Of a stretch of 64,000 nt of DNA, positions 62,870 through 64,000 are shown in pieces. Below the pieces are notes generated by a model, which was not told where the DNA came from, searched no databases, and saw only the letters and a list, made by a program, of their open reading frames with translations. Every line of letters begins with the position of its first letter. The stretch's first letter is position 1. Source of the DNA: Nitrospirota bacterium (GTDB taxonomy: Bacteria > Nitrospirota > UBA9217); contig CAWFSF010000005.1 in NCBI GenBank assembly GCA_963818475.1, positions 192,001 through 256,000 of the forward strand. The letters run 5' to 3'. The translations under genes were made by a program, and so were the position numbers.

Positions 62870-64000
62870 ATGCCTATCAACCTCAAGCATAAACCCCTCG
62901 ACATCAAACCTGTAAAACCGGGCGTTATCCCCCCATGCCCAGTGGCAACCGAAGCGCTCAAGGGCATCCCGCGCCAGCAGACCAATCCCTCCCCGTGGGA
63001 AGGCGACGGCTGGCATGCCTTTGTGGACGACCTTGCTGCCAAAGGAATAAACATTGACGAATTGAAGTCCGCGCGCACGCTCTACGTTACGGACGCAGGC
63101 GGCATGGCGTACGGACTTCCCCGCGGCGTGCTGATCGCGCGCACGACCGAGATGGTTTCTGAGGTCATGAAAGCGGCGCAGAAGCATTGCGTGCCGGTCA
63201 CGGTGCGCGGCGGCGGGCTCACGACCGAGGGCGAGACGGTTTCATTCGGCGGGCTGCAGCTGGACATGCGCGGCATGAGCCGCGTGCTTGCCATCGACAA
63301 GGATAACCTGACCGTGCGATGCGAGGCCGGCATCTACTGGCACTCCCTGGCGGAATCGCTCCGCAGGCATAAGCTCGACTACCTCTCGGCTCCACTGAAC
63401 ATGACCGCTTCTGTCGGCGGCACACTCGGCGTCGGCGGCATTGACATCAACTCCCCTCGCCTGGGCTGCAGCGCTGACCAGGCACTGTCGATAAGGATCG
63501 TGACGCCGAGCGGCGAGATACTGGAATGCTCAGAAATCGAGAACACCTGGTGGTTCAACCGCGTGCTGCTCGGATACGGCCAGTTCGGCATCATCACCGA
63601 AGCAACACTCCGCATCAGGCCTTTTACACCGCTCACCATGCATTACTTTTATTATGGCGATCTGCGCACGGCCATGGAAGACCTGGTCATGCTCTGCGAC
63701 GAGGACGCTGCGGACTATACCGGCATCCTGACCATGCTCGACCGGGCGGTGAACCTGCTCGTGGCATTCGATTCGGATGAGCGCGAGAAGGCGTTCTTTG
63801 CAAAATGGCGTTCGCGCCTCAGGGGCTTCGGCGAACTGGGCTTTGCGCTCCGCACAGGCGCGTACTATGCGCTTCGGCCCTGGAAATATAAGGAAGCGCT
63901 CTATCTGCTGGACCGGAAACGCACCCTGTTGCCCGAGCTCCAGCCGTCCCATCATATGCAAAGCGGCAAGATCGTGGACCGCACGGTCGTGTTCTCGCAG
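62870..64000 (+). CDS. FAD-binding (PCMH-type) oxidoreductase, partial (runs off window end)
   Basis: VTVRGGG, LDMRGM, CEAGIYW, SVGGTLGVGG, IVTPSGE, LGYGQFGIITEATL. Confidence 0.85.
   Translation, partial: MPINLKHKPLDIKPVKPGVIPPCPVATEALKGIPRQQTNPSPWEGDGWHAFVDDLAAKGINIDELKSARTLYVTDAGGMAYGLPRGVLIARTTEMVSEVMKAAQKHCVPVTVRGGGLTTEGETVSFGGLQLDMRGMSRVLAIDKDNLTVRCEAGIYWHSLAESLRRHKLDYLSAPLNMTASVGGTLGVGGIDINSPRLGCSADQALSIRIVTPSGEILECSEIENTWWFNRVLLGYGQFGIITEATLRIRPFTPLTMHYFYYGDLRTAMEDLVMLCDEDAADYTGILTMLDRAVNLLVAFDSDEREKAFFAKWRSRLRGFGELGFALRTGAYYALRPWKYKEALYLLDRKRTLLPELQPSHHMQSGKIVDRTVVFSQ

Overview
Chromosomal window from a GC-rich anaerobe; gene content suggests Nitrospirota or a deltaproteobacterium (inference). 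Many single-base frameshifts in housekeeping genes (purH, thrC, metB, pirin, ligD, ku) look like uncorrected long-read errors. From left to right: (1) 1-9.7 kb, a secreted RCC1/Ig, Cys-rich and RHS toxin cluster with a candidate immunity gene; (2) signalling and stress genes; (3) a ~294-nt highly structured orphan RNA with its own promoter-like element and intrinsic terminator (17530-17823, minus), just downstream of an NHEJ operon (Ku, Ku, LigD-POL, LigD-PE/LIG, DUF72) and next to a threonine dehydratase remnant; (4) an ExtKL-like pentaheme selenoprotein with in-frame UGA and SECIS; (5) core genes (tal, purH, pilT, thrC, metB, yaeQ, SUI1, ychJ) and an atypical fused transketolase; (6) creBC followed by a cre-tag-controlled creD, phosphoglycosyl transferase and B12 radical SAM operon; (7) a lone integron-type cassette with attC fused to a group IIC intron 3' remnant. 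The best candidates for something undescribed are the structured RNA and the creD-PGT-radical SAM operon.
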